Shown here piece by piece: positions 1 through 8,238 of a stretch of DNA of 33,230 nt. This DNA is from a virus (taxonomy: Duplodnaviria; Caudoviricetes). A model generated the notes under the pieces. It was not told the origin of the DNA. It did no database searches and was given only the letters and a program-made list of their open reading frames with translations. The DNA lies in IMG/VR virus record IMGVR_UViG_3300042934_000211, positions 1 through 33,230 of that record, one strand, 5' to 3'. Within the stretch, counting starts at the first letter, position 1; every line of letters starts with the position of its first letter. The translations under genes were made by a program, and so were the position numbers.

Positions 1-42
1 AAATAAAATTGGCTATTGTTGGTTATTATATATTCATTCTAA

Positions 43-114
43 TTATTTATTCATTCCTTCTTCAATTGCTACAGCTACTGCAACTGTTGCGCCAACCATT
101 GGGTTGTTACCCAT
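43..114 (-). pseudogene. 3' remnant of a host GGGtGRT-family gene at the probable prophage att junction
   Basis: Reads MGNNPMVGATVAVAVAIEEGMNK*, which matches my recollection of the GGGtGRT C-terminus (...MMGLIGMGNNPMVGATVAVAVA). Similarity stops abruptly upstream of the ATG. Confidence 0.7.
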
Positions 115-119
115 TCTCC

Positions 120-278
120 TTGTACAACATCTTGTATAACTTATAAAGATTTAAGATTCTTTACAACAACTGAAAATTAAGCATTTTCCAAATTGTATAC
201 TACTTTTTGCAATTTATAATCACCTACTATCTCACAATAAAACTTATTCAGTGTGGACAAGCTGTGGACATTGTCCAC
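120..278. repeat. Short repeats beside the att junction (candidate integrase arm-type sites)
   Basis: TTGTACAAC 120-128 and TTGTATAAC 132-140; TGTGGACA at 252-259 and 263-270, plus inverted TGTCCAC 272-278. Confidence 0.5.
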
Positions 279-361
279 GTAATAATATCAAATTATATAT
301 GTACCTTTCTCAAAATATCATAATGTTACTTTTCTAGTACCAATGTACTATTTATAAATCA

Positions 362-565
362 ATGTTTCTTCTATATAATATGTACAAGGAAGGTGATATT
401 ATAGATAAGATAGGAATACTGAGATATATAAACAGATACAAGCAGTATTACACTGGTAAGGACAAACGTGTTTTGAATTCAAGTTTTACAGATATATTAA
501 GATTTGGTAAAAAAGATTTAAAAGAAATGATCGGTGAAATAATAGCTAATAATAATTACCCCTAA
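362..565 (+). CDS. Small hypothetical protein, convergent with the endolysin; start codon uncertain
   Basis: 67-codon ORF. TTTATA(351-356)-17-TATAAT(374-379) promoter and AAGGAAGGTGA SD suggest a start near 398-401. Confidence 0.5.
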   Translation: MFLLYNMYKEGDIIDKIGILRYINRYKQYYTGKDKRVLNSSFTDILRFGKKDLKEMIGEIIANNNYP

Positions 566-580
566 CCATAAGGCTAGGGG
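559..580 (-). terminator. Hairpin terminator after the endolysin (possibly bidirectional)
   Basis: Minus strand CCCCTAGCC-TTAT-GGTTAGGGG between convergent ORFs. Confidence 0.7.
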
Positions 581-587
581 CATTGTT

Positions 588-1349
588 TTAATTTAGTAAT
601 CCAAGTCTATCTAGTACACAAGCAAACTCTTGTCGTGTAAGTTGTTCCCCTGGTCTAGTTCCGTCTAATATTTTTTTAACTGCAGCTTTATTCCAGGATA
701 TTTTTGCCCACTCTGCAGGTTGATCTATTACTACTTCTTTTCCTATTTCTTTCACTTCTATCACCTCTTTCGGTAAGTTTTTAAATAGCAGATCTTTGCT
801 ACTTTTAATTTTAGTAAAGTACGGATCAACAAAAAAAGCATCTTCTGGTTTTAAAGGTCCTACGGTTGTAGTCAAAACGTATGTACCCTTACTGTTTTGT
901 TGCCATCCATTACCCTTTATTTGCCCTTGTCCAACGCTCATATGGAAATGGTAGCCTGTTGCCTTGCCTGTCAAATAGCCGTCTCTGCCCTCTCTGAACA
1001 TCAATTCACTGCGTTTAAATGTTCGGCCAACTTTTACCTTTAATAAATCATCATCATCTGGATGCAACACCATTATTACTACATAATCTTCTTCCCCATT
1101 TGCCAGGATAACTTTTGATGTTGATTGTAGCCATATCGTGTTGATATAGGCACTTCCTAGACCGCTAATACGCTTTACAACCATCTCATCGCAAGGACAA
1201 TGCATCCAACTTCTATATGCATCCTCTCCGGCTTCATCAATCGGAAAGTCACAAGGAACCCCTGAAACGTGTGGAGCGTGACTGTATTCGCCTGTCCAAC
1301 TTTGACTTATGTTCATAAACTTGACAGGGTATGTTAAATAATTCTTCAA
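588..1349 (-). CDS. Endolysin: M23/LytM-like peptidase domain with C-terminal SLH-like cell-binding motif
   Basis: Follows the holins. YSH...PID and GYHFHM (HxH) motifs; C-terminus WAK.SW...GTRPGEQLTRQEF is SLH-like; TTG start with GGAGG SD. Confidence 0.75.
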   Translation of the reverse strand: MKNYLTYPVKFMNISQSWTGEYSHAPHVSGVPCDFPIDEAGEDAYRSWMHCPCDEMVVKRISGLGSAYINTIWLQSTSKVILANGEEDYVVIMVLHPDDDDLLKVKVGRTFKRSELMFREGRDGYLTGKATGYHFHMSVGQGQIKGNGWQQNSKGTYVLTTTVGPLKPEDAFFVDPYFTKIKSSKDLLFKNLPKEVIEVKEIGKEVVIDQPAEWAKISWNKAAVKKILDGTRPGEQLTRQEFACVLDRLGLLN

Positions 1350-1351
1350 AT

Positions 1352-1549
1352 CTATTCCTCCTTCTTCGAATCTGACTTGCTAAAATAAAAAGCAATAATT
1401 GTTCCTGCAATCGTGAGATATGCTGCATCAATTTCTTTGCCTTTTACAGCCAATACAGATACAGCAATGATAACTGTTAAGGTAATTATCGTTTTTACCT
1501 TCAATAAATTAGCTACATTTGTCAGTAATGTTTCGCCTGCTTTTTTCAT
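1352..1549 (-). CDS. Putative holin (two TM segments)
   Basis: Hydrophobic IITLTVIIAVSVLAV and LTIAGTIIAFYF, charged C-tail, upstream of endolysin; start taken at MKKAG. Confidence 0.75.
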   Translation of the reverse strand: MKKAGETLLTNVANLLKVKTIITLTVIIAVSVLAVKGKEIDAAYLTIAGTIIAFYFSKSDSKKEE

Positions 1550-1553
1550 CCTT

Positions 1554-1799
1554 TTACACCCCCATTCCCATTTTAATAAATGCAAAAACCAATCCCACTA
1601 AGCCTGTGATAATTGCTCCGGCCAACAAGCGAGTAACCCATTTTAAATTGTCTCTTAGCTCTGCTATGGCTTTTTCGTTTGTTTTGGAACGTGTTTCTGT
1701 GTCATATGCTACCTTCTTTAGTTCCTTGTACCCATCCAATTTTTCTTCTATTCTTATAAGTCTCTCTGTTATTTCTTGTAATTCTGATTTTTCACCCAT
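1554..1799 (-). CDS. XhlA/haemolysin-like holin-associated protein
   Basis: Coiled-coil N-terminus (ERLIRIEEKLD), KW motif then a single C-terminal TM; lysis module position. Confidence 0.75.
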   Translation of the reverse strand: MGEKSELQEITERLIRIEEKLDGYKELKKVAYDTETRSKTNEKAIAELRDNLKWVTRLLAGAIITGLVGLVFAFIKMGMGV

Positions 1800-1805
1800 C
1801 TACTT

Positions 1806-1845
1806 CCTCCATTCAAAAAGGCACCCCCTTTGGATGTCCTAAATT
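1806..1845 (-). terminator. Terminator-like hairpin plus RBS before the lysis genes
   Basis: Minus strand GGACATCC-AAAG-GGGGTGCC-TTTTT then GGAGG. Confidence 0.55.
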
Positions 1846-1867
1846 GATATTTTTTTTATTTTTTATT

Positions 1868-3049
1868 CTATATGAGAACGTTTATGTTCACAATTGAATT
1901 TGATACCTTTGAAATAAGCTTAATTTGTTTAGTCTGGATATTAACAGTACATTCTGCATCCGTCATTCTCTGCATTGAACCCTCTGCATCAAATTTCCAA
2001 TCTAATTGTGTAGTCTCGGCAAGAGTTGAATAAGTTGGTCTATATAAAACATATGCAAATCTAATCTTACCTTTTGGCAGTAGATTAAAGTTCAAAGTAT
2101 TAAACAAGGTACTGTTAATTCCATTAGTATATATAAGTTCTTTAGCAGTTTCCCATTGACTTAATTCTGTTGAAGTCATTTGTGCATAAGGGGTCGTAGG
2201 AATCACACAATTTAAGTCTATAAAGTTTGAAGTAATTGCATCCCAAGTCTTCCAAGTTACTCCATTATCTATTGAAAGTGCTAACTTTATATTGTCAGCT
2301 CCACTTGTATTAGCAAGTATTTTAAAATAGTCAATGTTGTGAGCAAGAGAAGTTGTTATATCATCATTAGCAACTATTAACTCTTTTGTTGTTTTAATAC
2401 CTTTAATATTAATAGCGGTATTAGCTTCAGATAAAATTATTTGAAAATCACTAAACTTACTTATAGGCTTAAAAGGTGGTTCAGTTCCATAAGTTACAGT
2501 TGTAAATAAATCGGACAATACAAATCCCTTAGTAATATCTGCACTTGATAGCGGTGTGTATTGAAGTAAACTTGTGTTATAAAACTCTGGTTTAATGGAA
2601 TAATATTGACCTCCTTGTTTTAACAGTGCATTCAATGGAATCGATTCAAAATACCACTCACTATCCAGTCTGTAAGCAGAATAAAATCTGTATCTTCCTG
2701 CACTTAACTTAGGTACCGATAACACCCATTGACCATTTCTTGAACCCACTTGAGTATAGTTTGCTGTCACATTAACCCAAGAAGTCCCATTATACTTTTG
2801 TATAGACGAGAAAACAGCTCCGTTCGCCGCATCCCAACATCCAAAAGCATATAGATTACAAGATTTATTTATAGTAATGTCAACATAGTTAGAACCCTCT
2901 GCCCAGAATACACAATTAACATCCCACAGTGCACTGGGAGCTGTGCCATTAAATAGTACAGCAGTATTGTTATATTGGTTCACTCCACCATTAACTACAT
3001 AATCCGTCATTTCTACCCCAACGCCTGTTGGTTTTGATAGTCCTGCCAT
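1868..3049 (-). CDS. Beta-rich tail-associated or adhesion-like protein
   Basis: About 393 aa from MAGLSK (GGGGAAG SD); aromatic beta-rich N-domain, SIDNGVTWKTW Asp-box-like motif; lies between tail fibre and lysis genes. Confidence 0.6.
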   Translation of the reverse strand: MAGLSKPTGVGVEMTDYVVNGGVNQYNNTAVLFNGTAPSALWDVNCVFWAEGSNYVDITINKSCNLYAFGCWDAANGAVFSSIQKYNGTSWVNVTANYTQVGSRNGQWVLSVPKLSAGRYRFYSAYRLDSEWYFESIPLNALLKQGGQYYSIKPEFYNTSLLQYTPLSSADITKGFVLSDLFTTVTYGTEPPFKPISKFSDFQIILSEANTAINIKGIKTTKELIVANDDITTSLAHNIDYFKILANTSGADNIKLALSIDNGVTWKTWDAITSNFIDLNCVIPTTPYAQMTSTELSQWETAKELIYTNGINSTLFNTLNFNLLPKGKIRFAYVLYRPTYSTLAETTQLDWKFDAEGSMQRMTDAECTVNIQTKQIKLISKVSNSIVNINVLI

Positions 3050-3050
3050 A

Positions 3051-4169
3051 TTACACTTCCCCCATTCCATATAAATCTAAATAGTCATTTTTATTAATTA
3101 TTGCTGTTTCATAAACACCATCAGAATTAAGTGCCATAGGTAATAAATTATTATCTTTGATTCTCATAGCTCCATTAAACTCAACTTTGTTGCTGAAATT
3201 AAAACTTAACTCTTCTGTGTTATTAAATGTCTTTAGAACTTCTATTATATCTTGAACACCTGCAACAAATTTGTAAGCTTGCACAATAGCTTTATTAAAC
3301 GTGGCATTCTCCGGAGAATTAAATGTTAATATATCGTTGGCGTTGACATTTAAAAATGTTTTCTGTAATACATTTGCACTACCAGTTCCCCATCCGCCCT
3401 CACTATTATTAATTTTATCAATTAAATTAGCATCTAAATCCAATTCTGTGATCAACTCACCCTTTTTACGAAGACCACTTATATCACTCTGAAACGCGTT
3501 GTATTTGCTATCTATATCTAATAATTTTTCATCAATACCAAATTTAATTTCTTCGACCAGTCCTAATGTCGCTATAGCGTTATTGGCATAATCTAAAGCA
3601 TTATTGCTGTACTCGCCTGCTTGTTGTGCATATTGAGCCGAATCCGCAGCTTTTTGTGTAGCTGTATTCACTTGTTTAGCCATCAAAGCAACATTTTCAT
3701 CCACTAGTACTAGCTTTGCTTCTATATCATTGTTCAGCGATTCCATTTGCATTATATAAGTTAAAAACAGAGACAATGTCTGATCTGGTAAATAACTTTC
3801 AATATTCCTGTGGTCACTAATTTCATTAAAAACACTTCCTGTTTTAAGTACGAAATCAATGTCTGGTTTTACTATCTCAAGCCATAACTCTAGATTACCA
3901 ATAGCAAACGTCTGATTAATCGTAATATCAAACTTGTATTGTAGATACTTATCCTCATACAGCGCATCTAGAGGTTGTAAGTCTGATACGTTGCCTTCTT
4001 TGTTTTGGTTAATATAGTGTAACGTCACTAAGCAATCTTTTAAATCAATCCCATTATAGGTCTGTGGTAGTAAAAACAGTATTCCCTCGGCATTGTTCTC
4101 ACCAAGGAAATTCTTTGATGGAACACTTATTTGTAAATTTTTGTTTTTATTAAGTAATATAACTGCCAT
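3051..4169 (-). CDS. BppU-like baseplate upper/fibre protein with coiled-coil linker
   Basis: N-terminus GENNAEGILFLLP.TYNGIDL resembles BppU-N; Ala-rich helical middle; GGAGGTG SD. Confidence 0.6.
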   Translation of the reverse strand: MAVILLNKNKNLQISVPSKNFLGENNAEGILFLLPQTYNGIDLKDCLVTLHYINQNKEGNVSDLQPLDALYEDKYLQYKFDITINQTFAIGNLELWLEIVKPDIDFVLKTGSVFNEISDHRNIESYLPDQTLSLFLTYIMQMESLNNDIEAKLVLVDENVALMAKQVNTATQKAADSAQYAQQAGEYSNNALDYANNAIATLGLVEEIKFGIDEKLLDIDSKYNAFQSDISGLRKKGELITELDLDANLIDKINNSEGGWGTGSANVLQKTFLNVNANDILTFNSPENATFNKAIVQAYKFVAGVQDIIEVLKTFNNTEELSFNFSNKVEFNGAMRIKDNNLLPMALNSDGVYETAIINKNDYLDLYGMGEV

Positions 4170-4175
4170 TTTGCA

Positions 4176-4213
4176 CCTCCAATCAAAAAGGACACCCTAT
4201 AGTGTCCTAAATT
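4176..4213 (-). terminator. Terminator hairpin plus RBS after the tail-fibre chaperone genes
   Basis: Minus strand AGGACAC-TATAGG-GTGTCCT-TTTT then GGAGGTG. Confidence 0.7.
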
Positions 4214-4335
4214 TCATTTTGTGTTGCTAAGTATTCGGCAACTAGTATTTGATACTCTTCTGGTAATGTTTCAAATTCTCGTCTGCCAGCTTTGACTAAC
4301 ACTGCATATACTTTAATCATATATTCTTTGATCAT
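4207..4335 (-). CDS. Small CD1375-like / XkdX-position phage protein (42 aa; not in the ORF track)
   Basis: MIKEYMIKVYAVLVKAGRREFETLPEEYQILVAEYLATQNEI; ATGA overlap with the upstream gene. Confidence 0.75.
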   Translation of the reverse strand: MIKEYMIKVYAVLVKAGRREFETLPEEYQILVAEYLATQNEI

Positions 4336-4613
4336 AAAATCGCGTCTCCCTCTGACATACTCGCAATAGCTTCTACAGCTACTGTGGCCATTTCATTTGT
4401 TAGAGCAAGTTGCTCTCTAAGCAATTCTATTTCTGTCTTAGATTTTGCTCCAAATATTGGTGTACCTGTTTCAGTATTCATACCAATAAAAACCTGACAC
4501 TCCGGAATATCAAATATAATAGATTTTACTTCTCCAACTGGTGGTTGTATATCTCCAGTTCTTTGTAAAACAACCATACCTAAACTATCATATATTACTA
4601 GTGTTTGTGACAT
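4332..4613 (-). CDS. XkdW-like tail fibre chaperone or accessory protein
   Basis: TLVIYD..G N-terminus, coiled-coil C-terminus, located after the fibre gene. Confidence 0.6.
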   Translation of the reverse strand: MSQTLVIYDSLGMVVLQRTGDIQPPVGEVKSIIFDIPECQVFIGMNTETGTPIFGAKSKTEIELLREQLALTNEMATVAVEAIASMSEGDAIL

Positions 4614-4624
4614 TTTATTTCCTC

Positions 4625-5857
4625 CTATTCTATTATAGTATAGTAAACATTGTATGCAAAATACCCATTAGAACTTTGGGTCTGAGTGATATGGTAAACA
4701 GTTAATGAAGTTGCTGATAAAGCTTGTACTTCTATGTTTGACCCTGAATAGCGACAGTATAGAGCTAATCCGTTCATAGCTACTCCCTGTATCGTTAAGC
4801 TACTTGAGTAGTCCTTTACTGCCCACACAAAAACCTTTGAAGGTGTAAACCCAAGACTTAGTGGAATTGTAATTGTATTATAGTGTGAACTGTAATTATT
4901 ACTTGTTCCACTTAAGTAGTAGGAACCATTAATAACTCTTTTCCCTGCAATCACATTCCCCGCAACTCCAAAAATACTTTTACCACTCAAAATATTAGAT
5001 GCTATTAAATTAGTATCTCCTTTAATAGTTTGAGCACCACTCAAATACTGCCCGGCTCCTATTGACTGATCTACTATTCCAGGTGTAATAGAAGCTGCAG
5101 TTTTACTAGAAATTGAACCGGTAATCAAAGCCCCATCCACATAGGCTTTCTTTCCATACAACATATCCCCTGCAACTGCATCTCCTGCTGATGTATCGAC
5201 TACATTAACGTTGCCTTGCACACCGAATATATTAACTCCTGCTTTGATGTTTGCTGATACAAGGTCGGGATCACCAACCGCCTTTCCTGAACCATTATGA
5301 TAACCTAGGGGTATTGGCTTGTCTATTGTTCCGGGTGTTATTGAAACAGCGCCATTGTTTGGCATTGTCCCAACTAGCCCAGTATCATTGTCATTGCTGA
5401 ACGTCTTTTCTGCTAGTACATTGTCAACAATTGCGGAACCCTCTGCACTAGCCTTGATAAAAAAACAATTACTTGTTGCATTGTACCATACAGTCACAGC
5501 CTTTCCAGCTATCAAGTTAGGTGATGTTGTTGTGCCTGGCTTATAGAAATTCTTTCCGTTTATGGTAGTAGCTGCACTGTTATTATTTGTTTTTACTATA
5601 AAAGTTTTACCCTTCCCATTTTCTAAGATTATCCCACTTAATGTAATTCCTGTAGCAGTCCCACCAGCAGTTTCAAATATAGTTGTATTATTTATTTCTT
5701 TATTTGTATCATTGATGTTTGTCGCACCAAATGAACTACCCTCTTGTTGATATGTAGTAGCATCTATCAGAGATACTGTACCATCTGCATTATTTAACAG
5801 AGTATACTTCCTATTCCCATCAAATACATCATCTTTAAAATCTATTTTTAACGGCAT
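4625..5857 (-). CDS. Tail fibre / receptor-binding protein
   Basis: G/T/S/N-rich; two internal repeats SITPG..D..I..G......GD..L...NI..G..IFGV.GNV; distinct Tyr/Ser-rich C-terminal domain. Confidence 0.8.
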   Translation of the reverse strand: MPLKIDFKDDVFDGNRKYTLLNNADGTVSLIDATTYQQEGSSFGATNINDTNKEINNTTIFETAGGTATGITLSGIILENGKGKTFIVKTNNNSAATTINGKNFYKPGTTTSPNLIAGKAVTVWYNATSNCFFIKASAEGSAIVDNVLAEKTFSNDNDTGLVGTMPNNGAVSITPGTIDKPIPLGYHNGSGKAVGDPDLVSANIKAGVNIFGVQGNVNVVDTSAGDAVAGDMLYGKKAYVDGALITGSISSKTAASITPGIVDQSIGAGQYLSGAQTIKGDTNLIASNILSGKSIFGVAGNVIAGKRVINGSYYLSGTSNNYSSHYNTITIPLSLGFTPSKVFVWAVKDYSSSLTIQGVAMNGLALYCRYSGSNIEVQALSATSLTVYHITQTQSSNGYFAYNVYYTIIE

Positions 5858-5861
5858 TTCG

Positions 5862-6272
5862 TTACCTCCTATTACCTAATAATTTGGTGCCTAGTTTAAA
5901 TGACAGCCTTTGTAAGCCACTAGTCACACTTTGTATCATATAATCAATGTCAAAAAGAATCTTCTCAATATTGTTAGCCTGATAAATACTGATAAAATTA
6001 ATAACGCTTGGTACAACAGGCGTGTTAGGTCTATTGTAATAAGCGTTTTTAAGAATTGTAATATTATTCTTTATTCTATTCATATCTGCATCTGTTCTAA
6101 ATTCGGTAATTGCCCAGGTTTTAGTTACTACATTAACTTCTAACTCATTAGCAACATATTGACAAGCTTGCTCTATACGGTTTAAATCCATATAACTGAT
6201 ATAAGCCTTATCGGTATCGTCAACTAAATCACGATTTACCCTGTCGAATATCAATGTATCAATTACACTCAC
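5862..6272 (-). CDS. Tail tip/baseplate protein
   Basis: LIFDR...KAYISYMDLNRIE motif typical of clostridial phage tail-tip genes; GTGA overlap with the upstream gene. Confidence 0.65.
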   Translation of the reverse strand: MSVIDTLIFDRVNRDLVDDTDKAYISYMDLNRIEQACQYVANELEVNVVTKTWAITEFRTDADMNRIKNNITILKNAYYNRPNTPVVPSVINFISIYQANNIEKILFDIDYMIQSVTSGLQRLSFKLGTKLLGNRR

Positions 6273-7861
6273 TTGACCACCACCTCTGCTATGATTTCAT
6301 TTGTAAACTTTAGGTTCAGTTTTTCGACCGTACCTATTTTGTCCCCATTATAAGTATAAATTGATGTTCGCTGTCCAGGCTCAATATTATCTAATACTAT
6401 TCTTGCATTGATAATCTCGTTATTTATATAGTAGTTATACACTCTATTAAGCACATCATTAGCATTATTAGATGCAACCAAGGTTGCGTTTTTCGCCTTT
6501 ATTATGTTCGTATGCTTTGAAATATTAGGATTTCGCATTGAAATTACTGATTGACCGTGATTATATTTCTTACCGCTCAATAATACTGCTCCATTACCTG
6601 TTATAACTGCATAATTTGCTCCACTATCGTCAATAGTTCCACCTGTTATACATAGTGCGTGATGAGGCTCTGAAAGCGTTATTAAAGCAGTTCCATTTAG
6701 AGTATCATTATAAAGTTCAGCAACTTCCTCAGATAGTGAATATTTATGAACCGTAACATCTGCTCCTGTGACTATATCAGATGTTTCAATGCTTAGACTG
6801 CCGGCGAATATTTGTGATTTATCTATTGCTTTAGTAACTGCAGTTTGTAAAGGTACTATATTAACCTTTTCATTGTTGCTAGTATCAAATATAGCTCCTA
6901 CAGCAAAACAAGCTTGAGCTATTGCATCACGCTTTGATAAAATAGGCAAATAACCATATATTAATTTTGTTTTCAACACATTCTCTATAATGTATTCAAT
7001 ATCCGTATCGCTCATAATCTCTTGTACGAGACTTTCAAATGTAACCCCATCAAATATACCACCGTAATAAGTAAGGCCGTCTAAAATGCCTACACAGTCC
7101 GTTGCATCAACCGCATAATCGGTCGAGCTAGTTCTTTTACCCTTTGCTACATAGAATACACCCAGGAGCTTATCATCAAAAAACAGATTCATTTTTTGTT
7201 TCTTCTGGAAAATGAAAGCTATATCCGACTTACTCCTAATTGTGAAATTTAAAGCATTTATGCTTAGTACCTCCGATATAGGACTTATCTCTTGTACACA
7301 ACTAACATTCTTAGCCTCATCACTCCTAAAATTCCTTATCAAGCCAAAATCTATTCGTGTTAAAAATGCATATCTGAAAGGTTTTGAAGTTTTGTTAAAC
7401 GTGATCACAATCTTGTTATAATACTCTACCGCCTGACTACAAAAGTAGTTACTAGAGTCAGGTTCAAAATCTTTGTCCTGGATCAATACTAAATCGTTGT
7501 ACCATTTGATATTGACTAGGTTGCAGTAGTCTCCTGAATAGTCATTGAATTTCAATGTTATTCCAACACTTATATATTTTTCAGTAAATGTAATTTCTAG
7601 CATAGGATCAGTTGTAAATTCTCCTGTGCTAGAAGAAATACTGTTGCTAATATATCCGATATTGCTTATTGCTCCTGGCGCATTAACATATGTGCCATCA
7701 AGCCTAGAATATCTAGGTAGGCATAACGCATAATTTGGAAATGTAATATCTTTTTTCAGATCAAATAAATCTACTACTTGCTTTTTATCTGTAGAGGAAA
7801 AGGAGCTGTCCTCTTTCGCCCCTACAGCAATATCTTCATATTCTATTTTTAATTTGCTCAT
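6269..7861 (-). CDS. Baseplate hub / Tal-like tail tip protein
   Basis: About 530 aa from MSKLKIEY (TAATG overlap with Dit); follows tape measure and Dit; KRDAIAQACFAVGA hub-like motif. Confidence 0.7.
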   Translation of the reverse strand: MSKLKIEYEDIAVGAKEDSSFSSTDKKQVVDLFDLKKDITFPNYALCLPRYSRLDGTYVNAPGAISNIGYISNSISSSTGEFTTDPMLEITFTEKYISVGITLKFNDYSGDYCNLVNIKWYNDLVLIQDKDFEPDSSNYFCSQAVEYYNKIVITFNKTSKPFRYAFLTRIDFGLIRNFRSDEAKNVSCVQEISPISEVLSINALNFTIRSKSDIAFIFQKKQKMNLFFDDKLLGVFYVAKGKRTSSTDYAVDATDCVGILDGLTYYGGIFDGVTFESLVQEIMSDTDIEYIIENVLKTKLIYGYLPILSKRDAIAQACFAVGAIFDTSNNEKVNIVPLQTAVTKAIDKSQIFAGSLSIETSDIVTGADVTVHKYSLSEEVAELYNDTLNGTALITLSEPHHALCITGGTIDDSGANYAVITGNGAVLLSGKKYNHGQSVISMRNPNISKHTNIIKAKNATLVASNNANDVLNRVYNYYINNEIINARIVLDNIEPGQRTSIYTYNGDKIGTVEKLNLKFTNEIIAEVVVK

Positions 7862-8238
7862 TATGGCCTCCTTTGTGGTACCATAGCAATAAAACTTACC
7901 GTTAATCCACTCCAAAGGTTTTTAACCCCACGTTTTTTCAAACCATCCGCACCACTTGTTACATAGGCTTGAAATTCAAGGTTTTCTTGTCCATATGGTA
8001 CTATCAGTGTATGGCTAGTAATTGGTGCTGATAACATTTCGTATAGTTGATCATAACTGGCCAGGTCCAAGCTTTTAGTTTCAAGAGCCATACTGTAATT
8101 ATAATAGGTACCGATAATATCCCTATGCATTCCACCGTCTAAAGTTCTTCCAGAATTATCTGTATCCGTAACAGCAAAACTACGGTCTAACTTAATTACA
8201 TCAACATTAAACTCTACTCCATCTAAACTAAATATCAT
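7861..8238 (-). CDS. Distal tail protein (Dit-like)
   Basis: 125 aa directly after the tape measure; SGRTLDGGMHRDIIG motif. Confidence 0.75.
   Translation of the reverse strand: MIFSLDGVEFNVDVIKLDRSFAVTDTDNSGRTLDGGMHRDIIGTYYNYSMALETKSLDLASYDQLYEMLSAPITSHTLIVPYGQENLEFQAYVTSGADGLKKRGVKNLWSGLTVSFIAMVPQRRP

Noticed and set aside
252-278. DnaA boxes / chromosomal origin
   Set aside because: Only one 8/9 match (TGTGGACAA) with weaker neighbours; the att-adjacent position favours recombinase sites
1868-5857. Diversity-generating retroelement or invertible tail-fibre switch
   Set aside because: No reverse transcriptase or invertase, and no adenine-variant template repeat noticed in the window (by eye only)
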